Shown: positions 51,597 to 64,000 of the stretch, in pieces
How positions within the stretch are numbered: position 1 is the first letter of the stretch
Layout of the letters: each line of letters begins with the position of its first letter
NCBI GenBank assembly: GCA_973851085.1
Contig: OZ316776.1
Location: forward strand, 15,748,001-15,812,000
DNA from: Ptychomitrium polyphyllum
Taxonomy: Eukaryota
DNA length: 64,000 nt
Direction: 5' to 3'
Made by a program: the position numbers and the translations under genes
The notes under the pieces: generated by a model
Seen by the model: the letters and a program-made list of their open reading frames with translations, nothing else
Told to the model about the DNA's origin: nothing
Database searches by the model: none

Positions 51597-51878
51597 CTTA
51601 GCTATGCTCTAATGCCAAGTTGAAATATAACTAAAAGTAGTTATTTCAAAGCTCACAATACATATAATAACACATCCATGCATAAATTCATCATTATGTA
51701 GTTAACAATATTGAATAATACAATATAAATACAACAATATAAGAAATATAGAACTTCAATAATAGAAAAAAAACTTTCCTTCCAACCAAGTTATCTTTTC
51801 TTAAATCACACAAGTGAGATAGAAATAACTGCTCTTCAAAGCCTCTCTTATAGAAATTTACAAAAACCCTTTTAACTT

Positions 51879-51921
51879 AAAGGCTTTTAGATAAAAGGCT
51901 TTTAGATAAAAGGCTTTAGAC
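51879..51921. repeat. 15-bp tandem repeat (AAAGGCTTTTAGATA, about 3 copies)
   Basis: Directly visible. Confidence 0.8.
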
Positions 51922-52502
51922 ATCTAATAGTCTTTCTATCTTTTTCTTTTTAGACGTCATATAATACTACTCAAATAAAAGACAAGCACTATTCCTAATA
52001 TCTATTATTATTTATTAAATACTTCCATATGTTAGAAGATTATCATCCAAAAATAAATGAATTCCATCTATACTTCTAACAACATGCCTTTGGAGCACTC
52101 ATACCTTTGGATATTCGATCTACATTTTCTAAAACTTCTCCGTTCCCAAAGATTCTTCATTTCAAATAAACGTAAATGCAAGGTGGTTATTTCAGAACAC
52201 CAGAAAGTAGCCTCCTACTACAAGTAGCTCAAACCTTCAGGTGCAAACATACCATAATTTACACAAGAGCGCCAATTACAGATTTCGCCTTTGACTCCTA
52301 GTGAAGGCCTTGCACCCGCTCAAATGCTTGTAGGCAGCGGCAAATACAGAGCTGTCTCATCCTTGGAGAACTGCACCATATAAGGTTGTGTTCTCTTATC
52401 CCAGTATAACTTGGAGTCAGTGCCCACCAGGCTTTGCTTTGCCACCAAGTTGATGTCGAAGGCCTTGGGTGCACAACGAACAGGTTCACACAATGAACAG
52501 GT

Positions 52503-54138
52503 TCAGGAAGTATGTGAAGTATATGCACCTAAGTTGGGTGAACAGTTAGGTGGACAGCTATGCTTAAGCATGCAGGCGAATGCTGGGTCCATCTGGGGGT
52601 GCCCAACACCTCTGTAAGTTCGTTCCACATCTTCTACTTCCTTAAGCTCCTTGAACCAGCGCTGATGGGCACACTTAGCTGCTCTGTCGCAGGTAAGAAC
52701 TCCTTCCTGCGCCATTCTATTGAAATCAGATAGTTTTTAGGTTTCACCTAGATTGAATCTTGCTGTGAATTTGATTTCAAATAGTTGCAAATGTCTTTCA
52801 GGCAGACTAGAAGAACATCATCGCCACCATCATGGCTTGTTGACGTGCTCCAAGGTTCGCTTTTGCAGCCATAGTCATAGCCTTAATCTTCTCCTTTGCC
52901 ACAGGTGCTAACACTGATGGTATGATGCCAATCACGGGGCCAGTCACCGTCACCATTCAGAACAACTTCCCCCTGAACAATCTCACTGTCCAGTGTAACT
53001 CTTTTATTGAAGACCGTAATAGCGATGTGCACATTGTGCTGCCTAAGAAAGCACATGTACTTTTCAACATTGGTGGTCATGCGCCGTAAGCACGGAGAAA
53101 ACCAAGGGTGCCCTATGCAGCCATGTCAAGAGTGGCAAGTTCATCGTGTAGAAGGAGCGTTATCCTCCGATATGCGATCACAATTGCCCTTGGTTTGCAG
53201 GTTCTGACAACTTGTCGTTGATTAAACACTGAGCGCCAAGCCTAATCAAGTATACAACTGGCCGTCAGAAGAGAATGTAGTACACAACTGCTGGCTAGAT
53301 TGACATGGAAACTTCAATGACGGCTGTAGCACAGCTTGATACGTACAAGAAGCTGGATTTGTGTTCCTAGAATGCAAAGTCTTACTGCTGTGGATATACC
53401 ATACAAGTGGAGTTCAGAAGCTAGTACATTTGAAGGTAATAAAGCACTGGATTTTTGTTCATTTAAATGACAAGTACTAAATGAATTGAAATTCTTTCTT
53501 TCTTTACCTCCACGTCGCTTGCAGGAAGGGCGATTTGAAGCCCATTGAACAGGGCAGCTTGATGCAGGCCTTGCGCAGAAGATTTTCCAGCTGCAACATG
53601 TGCCTTGTCCTCCTCCACTGAAATCACTTTTGCATGAGACTTGAGCCCTAAATCAGCTGGGGCAGTCGCATTTAGCTGCCAGGAATTCTGCGAGAAAGGG
53701 CTTCTCCGGGGACACACCGGGCGCCATGTGCTCCTCTCGTATCTTCGTAAACACAGAAAAGCTCCGTAAACACAGAAAAGCTTCAAATGCAAGGCACAAA
53801 GGCCTTGCTCACCTTGACAATACTGACTTCAAAGACAAACCATCAATCTCCTGCATTGGAGGTAACCAAAAAATTCTCAAAACACCAACAGCATCAAGAT
53901 ACCATGACGCGCAAAGAAAGAACAATCGCATCAGCACTCGCAGAATAAACTCGCGTAGATGGATACGAACCGCCCAGCATTTGCGCACTCTCGAACATTC
54001 ACACCAAAAGGGACCACGATGAATTCGAATAAACTCAAAATCACAAGGATATCAACTCGAAGAGACGACCGCCCCTGCGACGCGAGTCCCGCCACTCTCG
54101 CCTCCATTGTAGAAAATTACCTGCATCGCCACCTCCAT
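52503..54138 (-). CDS. Hypothetical protein (~190 aa), no recognised family
   Basis: Phase-consistent GT-AG chain: MEVAMQ|EIDGLSLKSVLSR|YERSTWRPVCPRRSPFSQ...ASDVE|EHKSSFL|MAQEGVLTCDRAAKCAHQRWFKE...TS*. The last two exons are speculative. Confidence 0.45.
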
Positions 54139-54394
54139 CAACCCCTCATAAGTTTCTTCCCTTAATGCCCCGAAACCTCACAACTAAGCCAATCCCTCAA
54201 AGTTTTCCTATAAAAAGACACAAAACCATCCCTCAGTGGGCCCCCAGTTTCACAAAACTCTGCCGCAATCTAGATGTCATGTGCTGAAGTAGAAAAACAG
54301 AACACCGCTAGTTCACAAGATTGAAACTGAACTTGACTACAGTGGGTGATCATCCCTAAAGCTTAAAACCCAATTGTCAATGTTGATTTCCATA

Positions 54395-54466
54395 CGGCCC
54401 AGAAGCACCGACCCAGAAGCACCGGCCCAGAAGCACCGACCAGAAGCACCGGCCCAGAAGCACCGG
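54395..54466. repeat. 14-bp tandem array (CGRCCCAGAAGCAC, 5 copies)
   Basis: Units alternate between CGGCCC and CGACC(C). Confidence 0.9.
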
Positions 54467-56163
54467 GCCATATGAGCCAGTGAGTTGACATTTTAACATT
54501 GAGATTCGAGACGATGACTGTTTCTGCAATAGATTGTAGGGATGCAATTCCGGCAGTCACTTACGGAGCACATCGTCCCAGGTCGTTTTTCTTCTTATAC
54601 CTACTTTTGTTGGATGCTTTCAAACACGTCATAATCGTCTCTCCTTGCGAACCTAACCTAGTATTTAGACTGATTGACGGTGCATGAAACCGTCAAATGA
54701 CCGACGCATCCAAGCACTGCGTTATCTCCCTTGCGACTGCCAATCTCAAGATCACCGCAAAGAAATCCTGCAACACATGCGTTTCGCAAGATGAAAGCAA
54801 CGGAAGCGAGCATGAGATCGCAAATAACGCATATTCGCAGTCCGTCAACCACACCCAAAGTCTCGATTCATGGGAAAAGAGCAGGCCGGCCATGCTTCCC
54901 AGAATAAACAAGTCCTGGTGGTTGTGAAGGGCACGCGCTGATCACGAGAGTGGGCCAGATGCGCAAGCGCCATTTACCGACGCATGAATGCGCAGTGCCT
55001 CCCCCGCTTCGTGAAGTTGCTTTCGATGCGCGAAGCTAGCAACTTCTTTAGTACAGACGACTTGGGTACCACCTGCCTGAGCTGATGCGCATTCAACGAG
55101 AAGAAGGACTCCTCGAGGCGCTGCTCACGTGCGAGAGAGCCATTCTGCATGTTTGGCTGCTTCATGGAGATTCTTCCCAAGTTTGTTGGCGTTGCAAACA
55201 TGCCCCTATCGAAATAGGTACCCGAGTCAACATGCCCCCGCCAATGAAGCTTCCTAACTTCCTTGATTTTGTACTTTTGCATTTAGTAATGTTTTTAAGT
55301 TGCTGCGTTTTGCGAGCAACGTACGATTAAAATTTGGATCTACTGTGCATTAGTAGCGGGTGGGCTGCTTGAAAAGGTCTTGTGTTCAGCTTGAGAAGCG
55401 ATTCTGGAGTGGTGTGGTGCGAGCTGAGAGGCGGTGAAGGTATGTGGTGGATCCTGTTTAAGTAGAATGTTTGGAGTAACTTGCATTTAGGACTTCAGGA
55501 TTAGTTGCGGGTTCACGGCGGTAGGGAATCATCGTGTGTTGGGGTCCCACTTGAAAAGATCGACTGGTGATTCTTGTGTAAGGAGCATACAGATGGTGCC
55601 TTCTTCCGTCGCAATGCGGTGAGTGTCTGTGTGCGCGCTCGCCAGCCTCCGTGAGCATGCGACTTTATACTTTGGTTGAGAATTGGTTATCAGTTGGTTC
55701 TAGAATCCATGCGTCAATTGACCCTTTCTTCCGTTTGTCACAGAAATTCGTACATTCAAATATGTGGGGGGGGATTTTTCTGTGGCGTCAGTAAAGCAGA
55801 TACTTTCTAATTCGCCGTCGCAAGCGCCACATTCGTTGATCGCGGATCACGAGGTTCGGAGCGTATGTGATGACCTAAACCTGACCTGAATCCGGCTTGC
55901 GCACTTTTTATTGACAGCGTTTGTAGCTTCATTTAGGTCCTACAGAATGAGAAAAGGGTTGTTATCCCAGCTCAGGGTTTTGGAAGGATTTCTTGTAGTC
56001 TGAGCAAGAAGGGGGCCATCCTTATGTGATCTACTCGCGGCGTGCTTTGCTTGCAGAGAAGGTGTGGTGAAACTGTTATGAAGCTCAAGGAGAGACAGCT
56101 GATATAGTCAATTATGGGCGCGTCTCAGGTTTGTCGAGGTTAAGAAGAGGGACAGGGGGAGCC

Positions 56164-59100
56164 ATGTGGATCGATCGGTGGGCAGGCCTGGCATCAGCCA
56201 TGGCCATTCAGGTATACTAAACCAAGGTTAACCAAACCTGTTTTGCAGGTGGTCTTGTTGCCAACATACATCTTTTGGTTCGATTGAACTTTTATTGCAA
56301 GGCTGGGTACAACGGTTCAGTAACACCCGACATGTTTTCCGGCAACAGGCATGTGGAGGCTTGACGTATACGTATGCGGTTTATAGCGAACACATGAAAG
56401 AGGTGCTCGAGTTTACACAGGTGCAAGTTGACGACATCGGCGCGGCAAAGGATTTTGGGCAGTCGCTGGGCATCGTGGGCGGCCTCCTCTACAACCTGTA
56501 TCCTCCATTTGTCACAGTCTCAATCGGCGCCGTGCTTCACTTTGTTGGCTACATGGCCGTAAGTATGCTAGATCCAATTTGCACATCCACAATGAAAATG
56601 GCTGATTTTAGTCCAACGATATTTTCTTAATATCAATCATGGACGCATCTGACTGAAGGAGGGGACTGTTAAATTCAGGTGCTGATGACTTTATCAAGAA
56701 AAATATCGCCACCATTTTGGCTGGTGAGCTTCTCTTATTTCTACGTTTTGACGGCAGATCTTCCTTAAAAATTAGTGAAGACAAGCTAAAGCAGAACACT
56801 CATAGATGTTACTATAGAAACTTAATGCTCATCTAGGATGTTTCGAGGAAGTAAAAGTGTTGTGATCATGATGGGGTGGTGGGAAGGGTAGCTCTGTACC
56901 TCGATTGGCATAGGCGCGGGTGGCGATAGTTGGATGGACGCAGCTTGTATTGCCACCAAGTAATTGTCCTCTCCTGTTATATATTGCAATGATCGATTCA
57001 ATATTTCAGAAGGTCCGAGCATAAAAGCAGGGTGTCAATGTTCACTGTTGTTTCAACGCAGTCGATCTTTAACACAAGCTTCTAGGAATAGTTCTACTTC
57101 TCGGCCTTCTGCTTGCATCGCAAATCATGAGAATAGGGTTAGACTGCTTGGCTGAGTAAACTCAATAAAGTTGGTTGCTAAACCCCAGTTTTATCTTCAT
57201 GGCTTCTTAAAAATGTAGTCAGCATGAAAGGTTGAGTTGAAGGAAGATTTAACGTGAATTGATCTATTGTGCTGAGTTGATGGCACATAATCTTATGTGA
57301 AGGGTGTGCCTTGTAATGGTGGTATAACAGCTTACGGAATTTCCAAGAGCATCGAGGAACTGTCTTAGGCATTTTGAAAGCGGAGGTGGGATTGAGTGGA
57401 GCCATTTTTGTGACGGTGAGGTTCACTCTTAGTCCACTTAAACGTTATATATCGTTCCCGCATGCATGTTCGCCCCCGGGTCGAACAGAAGTATCTGCGT
57501 GGCAGCACGCTCGCTGTTCACGTCATATTGTTGTTATTTTATTTTCTGACATAAGGGCGACCATGCCTGTGCGTACAGTATTAGTTCCGACCTTCCTGTT
57601 AATGGATACACTATTCTGGTAATATTAACGATGCAGTTCTCACGTGATGTGGTTGTATTTCTTCGTGGCAGATTTATAAGGCATTTTTGAAGCCAAATGT
57701 CGATAAGTATGTGCTGCTTGTTGCTATTGGACCAACAGTCACAGGCTTAGCACTTGCACTATTGATACGTCCCTATCCTTCTGAAGATTTTGGAGGAAAT
57801 CAGCGAGGTAGTTTGCAGTGGAGATTTCGACTGACTTATGTGCGTACACCTTTCGAGCTTATGCAAGACTGCTGAGTAAAAAACATGTTTGATTCATTTT
57901 ATATTCAATTCACTTTATGTTCAGTTTTCAGTGTATACAGCAGCTGATTCTTTATAATTCTCAGAAATTCTAATTGATGATCTTTAATTACCCGTGTTGC
58001 TCTGTTTTCACTTTTGTGTATTCTGAAGGCGTCCATCATCAGCTTGGCTCTTTTTCTACTTGGGACCATTTTTACCGAAGTACACTCTCTTCCCTTTCAT
58101 GCTCTTACTTTTAACCTGGTTCATCATTGTTGCCAGAGTTTACTTTTTGACGGTTAATTGTTAATGTCATTGTAACTATCGGTGAGTTAATCATCGAAAC
58201 GATATTGAGTATAATAGCATTTGGAGAAGCAATTTATGTATTGATCATTACCTAAGTGACGCCTTGACGCTGAATGCCATTTGTGGGGATTCCACAGGCC
58301 TTCACAGAGGATGATTCATTGCCGATGCCTGTGCTTGTCGCATTTGCAGTAGTGATGCTCACAATTATGGGCCTCACATTTGTACTTCCGGTAATTTCTT
58401 AACAATTGCAAATAGGTCTTTTTTGAAGATCTGAAATGTATATATATGCCTTTCTTCTAGCTGAGCCTCCGCTCCCCTTAAGTGCTCATCTATCTTGCTG
58501 TGTAAAGTTGTTCTGTACTCTCACAGATCGATTATTGCTGCTAATATTTGGAATCTTCAGGTGCTCTACAGGCCAGCTAAGATGCTGAAGAGACATTTGA
58601 CTGAGAGACAACACTATTCGTACGCAGCTCCAGCTAAGGAGTTCGGCATTGTTGAAGAATCTAACACTGACATTAATGAAGGCAATGTCATGCTCCACCG
58701 AGTTGTACAAGGTATTTCACTGGTCATATTAAATTCCTGCTCAATTACGTACTTGTCTTGTAATCTATCTTCTAACTACTAATGCAAATTGTCGTTGGAT
58801 ACAGCCAAAAACCAGTCTGATAATATAGAGGATGAGGAACAAGCACCTCTTAGAGGTGAACTTGAGATGAAATCAGAGGCTGGTGGGGGCGTTAGTCTGG
58901 TTGAGACAAGATGTGCGAAAAGTGTAGTTGAGGTTCCCCCTGAACAACCGGACCTGACACTATGGAGTGCCATACAAACTGCAAACTTTTGGTAAATATT
59001 TTTATACTAGAAGATACGTCTGAAAATTTAGTGTTTTATATGGACGTAAAATCACTCCCGCGCCAATTTTTCATTTTTTATTTGTTTTGAAAAAAACAGA

Positions 59101-60595
59101 GAAAATTTCGTTGCGTATGTGAAATATGTTCAAGACTCTGATTGACTGCCATACCTCTTGTAGAATATGTATGGTTCGAAAAATCACTTTATTAATGTTA
59201 CGTCCATAAGGCTGGCAGGATTCTCGCTTTTGTTGCTATGATGGGACCAGGCTGTGGATTGGCCGTCGTCAACAATCTGTCACAGGTTTTGGTTTAACAC
59301 CCGATCTCTGTGCTTCATTCATCTGCTACTCTGGTATTTGCTTGCATTACAATTTTGGCTGCTAGGTGGCTTAAAAACCAAACCTGACTTTGGTCTCACT
59401 GGATTCAATAGATGGGGAAGGCGATGAATTTGGACGCGGTGGAGCTTTATGTGGGCTTATTTAGCATATGGAGCTGCTTCGGACGGCTTATTGCAGGGTC
59501 TGTTCTGACCGAACTTTGTGTTTCTTCACTACTCTCTTTTGGATTTTATGTTGATCCCTTTCCTCCCGGATGTATGAGAATCCTATATCCAAACTGTTTG
59601 TGTCTGGGTTCGTTTTTATCAGCTAATTAAATCATTTAATTTTGATTGCACAAGGTATGGGTCAGACTCGTTGCTAAGAAGAGGCTGCCCGAGGCCTCTC
59701 AGTCTTACTGCTGCTTACCTCACCATGATGTTTGGTTGCCTGATTCTTGCTACCGGTTGTAAGTTTCCTATACCCTCTAGAACTTTATGTCCATGTTTTT
59801 GAAGAAGCTGTTCAGTATGTTACCTGGTTTGTAACATCGGTGTCCATTTTGGAGAGTTTCATTTCTGGGATTAGCACTTCAGTTTGGGTCACAGAGGTTG
59901 TAATGATGCAAATCCAGTAAGCTTGTGTTTGTCATTTTAGAGTTAATCTAATGCTGATCTGCGCTGCAGCTCCCAATATATTGGCATTGGGCTCGGCTTG
60001 TGTAGGACTTGCTTACGGTGCATTCTGGAGTTTAATTCCATGTATCGTGTCTGAGGTTTTTGGACTCCACCATTTCCCTGCAATATATAAAGCAATTGTG
60101 TAAGTGTCAATGAAGACCTCGTATTGAACTTCGCTTTTGCAACGGTTAAATTGATTCTATGTCAAAGTTCTAAAAAGATCTAGATTGTCTTTGGCAAAGA
60201 TGTGGTGATCTAATAGAGAATGATTTAGATCTAAGGCTCTTTTTCTTCTCTAATATCAATACGAGAGTATGACAAGTTGTATAAATTGGACTGATCTGGG
60301 CTGTTGGTTGTGGTGAACCAGGTCAATCGTTCCCATTGCTGCCTTCCTTCTTTCTGCTAAGGTTGTGGGTTACATGTATGACCGTGAAGTTGCGAATTAT
60401 CACCATCGGTTCCCTAACCAGCAATGGAGCTCTGAAGATATGAACACCTGTTATGGTTGGAGATGTTTTGGGTACTCACTCGGCTTTCTAGCTTCGGTAT
60501 CAATAATGGGTGTCCTTGTCGCCTTAGTTTTAGCCTGGCGCACAAGAGGTGTTTATTTGAGAACACGAATGAACCTTCCAGAAATCGTTCACTAA
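56164..60595 (+). CDS. Nodulin-like / NFD4-like major facilitator superfamily transporter
   Basis: Multi-exon gene: DRWAGLASAMAIQ|ACGGLTYTYAVYS...DIGAAKDFG, NFQEHRGTVLGILK..VGLSGAI, TLWSAIQTANFW, GLAVVNNLSQMG, LFSIWSCFGRL, GLAYG, SEVFGL, YDRE...CYGWRCF. Confidence 0.92.
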
Positions 60596-61279
60596 TATGT
60601 ACCCGTCATTGAGTATTTATGCTCGTTTATTAATAAGGACTTCTATTTTTCATTACAGTGGCTGGTGATGCAAAAATTAATGTATATGTTGAACACTAAA
60701 ATGGTGCATGCTTTTAAATGCTTTTTCTGAGCTTATCGTTTGCTTTTTGTCTTCGACTTAGAAAGTACAAGACTTCGCGAATCTGCTTGCATTGATATGT
60801 ACTGTACAAGGTGTATGGTACATACAGTATTGTATATGATAACTGCTCCAAAGAAAAATGAGGTTGTAAATCCTATATAGGGTATTTTGTGTAAAGCACT
60901 ACTTATGCTATATGGTGTGTTGGTCTTAAAGCAACAATTCCTCCATAAGTGCATTGTAGACTATTCTTAAAACATCACGTGCAAGACCAATTTCTAAGGC
61001 AAATCAACCAATGGCATTCTAAAAAGTAGGTTGTGATTAAGGATATTATCATGAATAAAAATTTGGAGCACATATCACAATTTAGGATTAAGTTATATTA
61101 TACTATTGGATTCTAAAGTACTTTTTCCTTTAGAATTTGTAATGATTCCAATACATGGAATAAATTTGTCAAAAAATCTACATTTGTCATTAAATCTTTT
61201 TCCTATAATTGTGTAATTTTCTCCAAAAGATAGCACTGCTAGGAATAGCTGGTGGTTCCAAGAAACATACCACATAAAC

Positions 61280-61304
61280 ATGTATGTATGTATGTATGTA
61301 TGTA
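61280..61304. repeat. (ATGT)n microsatellite
   Basis: About six ATGT units. Confidence 0.9.
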
Positions 61305-61924
61305 CATGGATGCTAGAGTGTAGGAAGATTGTTGATGACTAGGCATAGTTTTGGCATGTATTAGGCAGCATTTTTATCAACTTATTTATCAACTTATACA
61401 CGTGGGTTTTTATTGTGCGCATAGAATTTACAGGTATAAATCCTTATTCAGGATCTTGTTTCACTGCACTCGATGCTGTAGGAAACAATCCATCACATTA
61501 CAGCTACATCCGCAGCGTAAGGAAAGTCACCGGTAGTCCAAGCATTATGATCACAAAATGGAATGCCTTACGATTGTAATAGGAAATCTTTATGTCCAAC
61601 GGTAGCCTATTGTACAGTGTAGGTGAGTCTTTTCACCCTTTGCAAAAATTTGTTAACTGGAGATGTTCACACAGCAAGAAGCTGAACTGAAGTGTTGTCT
61701 CCATCCATGCTGGAGGTCTAACTCTAATGCGGCCGCACTACCAAGAGCTACAATTATAATACCAGCGAACGACCCTCAGAGCTCCTAAGCGCTTTTGTGA
61801 AGTTAGGAATAAAATTACAAGCACAGGGGTGAATCAAACAAAAGGTAAATTACAAACTGAAGATTTGAAACGGGATCAAGAAGGCCTTTAATTAGCGGTA
61901 ATCCAGATAGTTTCTTTCCTGAAG

Positions 61925-64000
61925 TCATTGCTCCCCTTCCTCGTCGTTCCCTTCAATAAATTGTTGGGCGGGTGGGTTGGCAGGCCGATTGGCGCAATTT
62001 CGCAACGCTTCAAAGGCTCGCATACTCTCAGGATCAAATCCTCCAGCGAACTGCACGGTACATTCAAATAGTGTGAATACCTTAGGATTGGATGTAAAGT
62101 ACTGTACACTACAAGCTCATCAGCATCGAAGACGAAATCAAGTGTTAATTGATTACGGTACATAAAATTACGCCACGTGTTGGACGTCATGCCCAAACTA
62201 ATAGCGAATTTAAACCATTTTCATTCGGATAGGACAAACTTTTTATCAAACAAAAAGGACTATGAATGAGAAACAATATAGCAATATTACTCCACTGGCC
62301 AGATGAAAATCACAATCAAGTCATGTATATAAGAGTATCAAGGCAACTCCAACATGATCACTAGTGTCTAGCATATACTTTGAAGCTTTGAAGATATTAG
62401 AGAAGAGAAGTTGAAACCAGAAAAGGAGTACCTGATGAACTCGGAATGCAAAGCGGACTCCCTGCAGCAACAGAAACTCACGCACAGGCTCGTTGATAGA
62501 TCCTATTTGGTCGAGCTCTGTTGAGACTCGTTTCATGTACAGACGGGCCAATTTCACTGAAGCCAGCTTAATCTGCATCAACCCAAAATGAGTTAGTGCC
62601 ACACACTTATCATAGGCTATGTTAGTTTACAGCAGAAAACATGGCACACATATGTTTTAAGAAAAAATACTTCACGAGATGTCATTAGCAGGTGGGATCA
62701 ATGAGGATGAAAACCACGCCTGCAAGAGGCCGACGGAAGTGGGTTCATCTTTAATCATTTAACTTATCCAAACGACAGTCTGATCCTAACCTTTCTAGAA
62801 AAAATACGAGTAAAAAGGAAGGACATTGACACACCTTGCCCACAATGCCAGAGTCAAGCATCCATTGGACCGGAATACTAAATTCTTTATAACGAGCCAT
62901 GGCCATGTCCCTTGTTCTCAGCAGTCCATATACACTCTGCTCCACTCTGCAGGATCCATAGCCAGTCGATGTAAGTCGGACCATACTTCCTGGTGTGAGG
63001 ATCTGGATCCATAAAAAAAACTGCAAACCTTTCTGTACTTCACATAGTCGCGGTCTCGTTCCAAAACATCACATAGTAATTACGAATCTAAGAGTACTGT
63101 ACAAATGATGTTAAGAAGGTCCGACAAACTACAAAAAAAGGTACCCAGCCTGGAAGAAACTCACTTCTCTAGCATGGCCAGCATTTTCTTCAGGGCTTTG
63201 TCACATGGCACCTCTGGCCTGTCTTCAAATTGAGATACTTCAGCCAGAAGTTTCATTAAATTCCGATATTCAAATGCAGCTTCACGCATTGCATCGGCCT
63301 TGCCCTCTGGCCAATCAAAGTGTTTCAGAACTGCTGTTTCGTCAACCTGTTGAACAAATGCAACACAATTTCTGAGATAAAATCACTGGAATTAACTGTG
63401 CTCATACACTTGTGAACAGAAGGTCACTCAACACTTATGAACACGGTAAACCATGCTCCTCCGAGGTGCAGAGCCATAGCAGACATAATAAATTCTCACT
63501 TGCACACACTAACTAAAAACCTTCTGAAGTTAGAAGGGAAACATCAGCTGCGTCAGATGAAATTTTTCAACAAGTAGAAAATATATGCGCATACCAAAAA
63601 AGAGAGCTCGTCGTCCAGCCATGCCACGAAATCCACAACATCTTTAATGTCACTATAGGCAGCAGCTCTCACTTCAGCTGCTAGTGACATGACAAATTCT
63701 CCTTGTGTCTCCACATCAGCCTTGATCTGTATTCAACATCATTCAATAAGTCTTGACTCAATGTCACTAGGTAAGGACCTGGCAGCTGGTTTGCCACAAA
63801 CGCATGCTATCAGTGTTCAATTATGAAGTGAGTTGTGCGCAGACTTGTAGTGAGTAACACTACAAGCACAAATTTGCAAAAGGGTCAGAGTAATCAGTTC
63901 TGAAACACTTACAGCTAACAAATGTGTGGACCGATTCTCGATCTCGCCAATCATGTTGTTACGAGCCTCTGGATTACTTCCACCAGCTGCGGTAACCACA
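61925..64000 (-). CDS. CHUP1: CHUP1 (chloroplast unusual positioning 1)-family protein, 3' portion; the gene continues beyond the window
   Basis: Exons approx. >64000-63912, 63726-63595, 63346-63167, 62947-62835, 62572-62432, 62050-61925. They encode NMIGEIENRSTHLLA|IKADVETQGEFV...WLDDELSFL|VDETAVLKHFDWPEGKADAMREAA...LLLQGVRFAFRVHQ|FAGGFD. Confidence 0.93.

Noticed and set aside
54395..54466. CRISPR-like array
   Set aside because: There are no unique spacers or cas genes, and the context is eukaryotic.

Overview
Eukaryotic nuclear DNA from a land plant, most likely a moss (inferred from intron-rich genes, gene content and a Tcn1-like chromodomain relic). I can support about 12 protein genes: ABCG half-transporter (with a premature stop at its Q-loop Gln), intronless F-box protein, ABP1-like cupin (apparently 3'-truncated), inositol polyphosphate multikinase (IPK2), purple acid phosphatase, pectin methylesterase, dehydroascorbate reductase, a divergent cyclophilin-fold protein, a SAP-like/KEN-box protein, a hypothetical protein, an NFD4/nodulin-like MFS transporter, and the 3' part of CHUP1. 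A full-length but mutationally disabled Ty3/gypsy chromovirus (31366-39122) has paired LTRs, a TSD and a PBS. The most notable observations are an AT-AC minor-spliceosome intron in IPK2, a mitochondrial nad4L fragment enclosed by inverted repeats, a strand-biased pre-miRNA-like hairpin, two inverted copies of a ~105-nt hairpin element in neighbouring introns, and an intronic antisense copy of the DHAR catalytic exon. Exon boundaries and mismatch counts were read by eye and no database searches were run. I found no clearly new multi-gene system.
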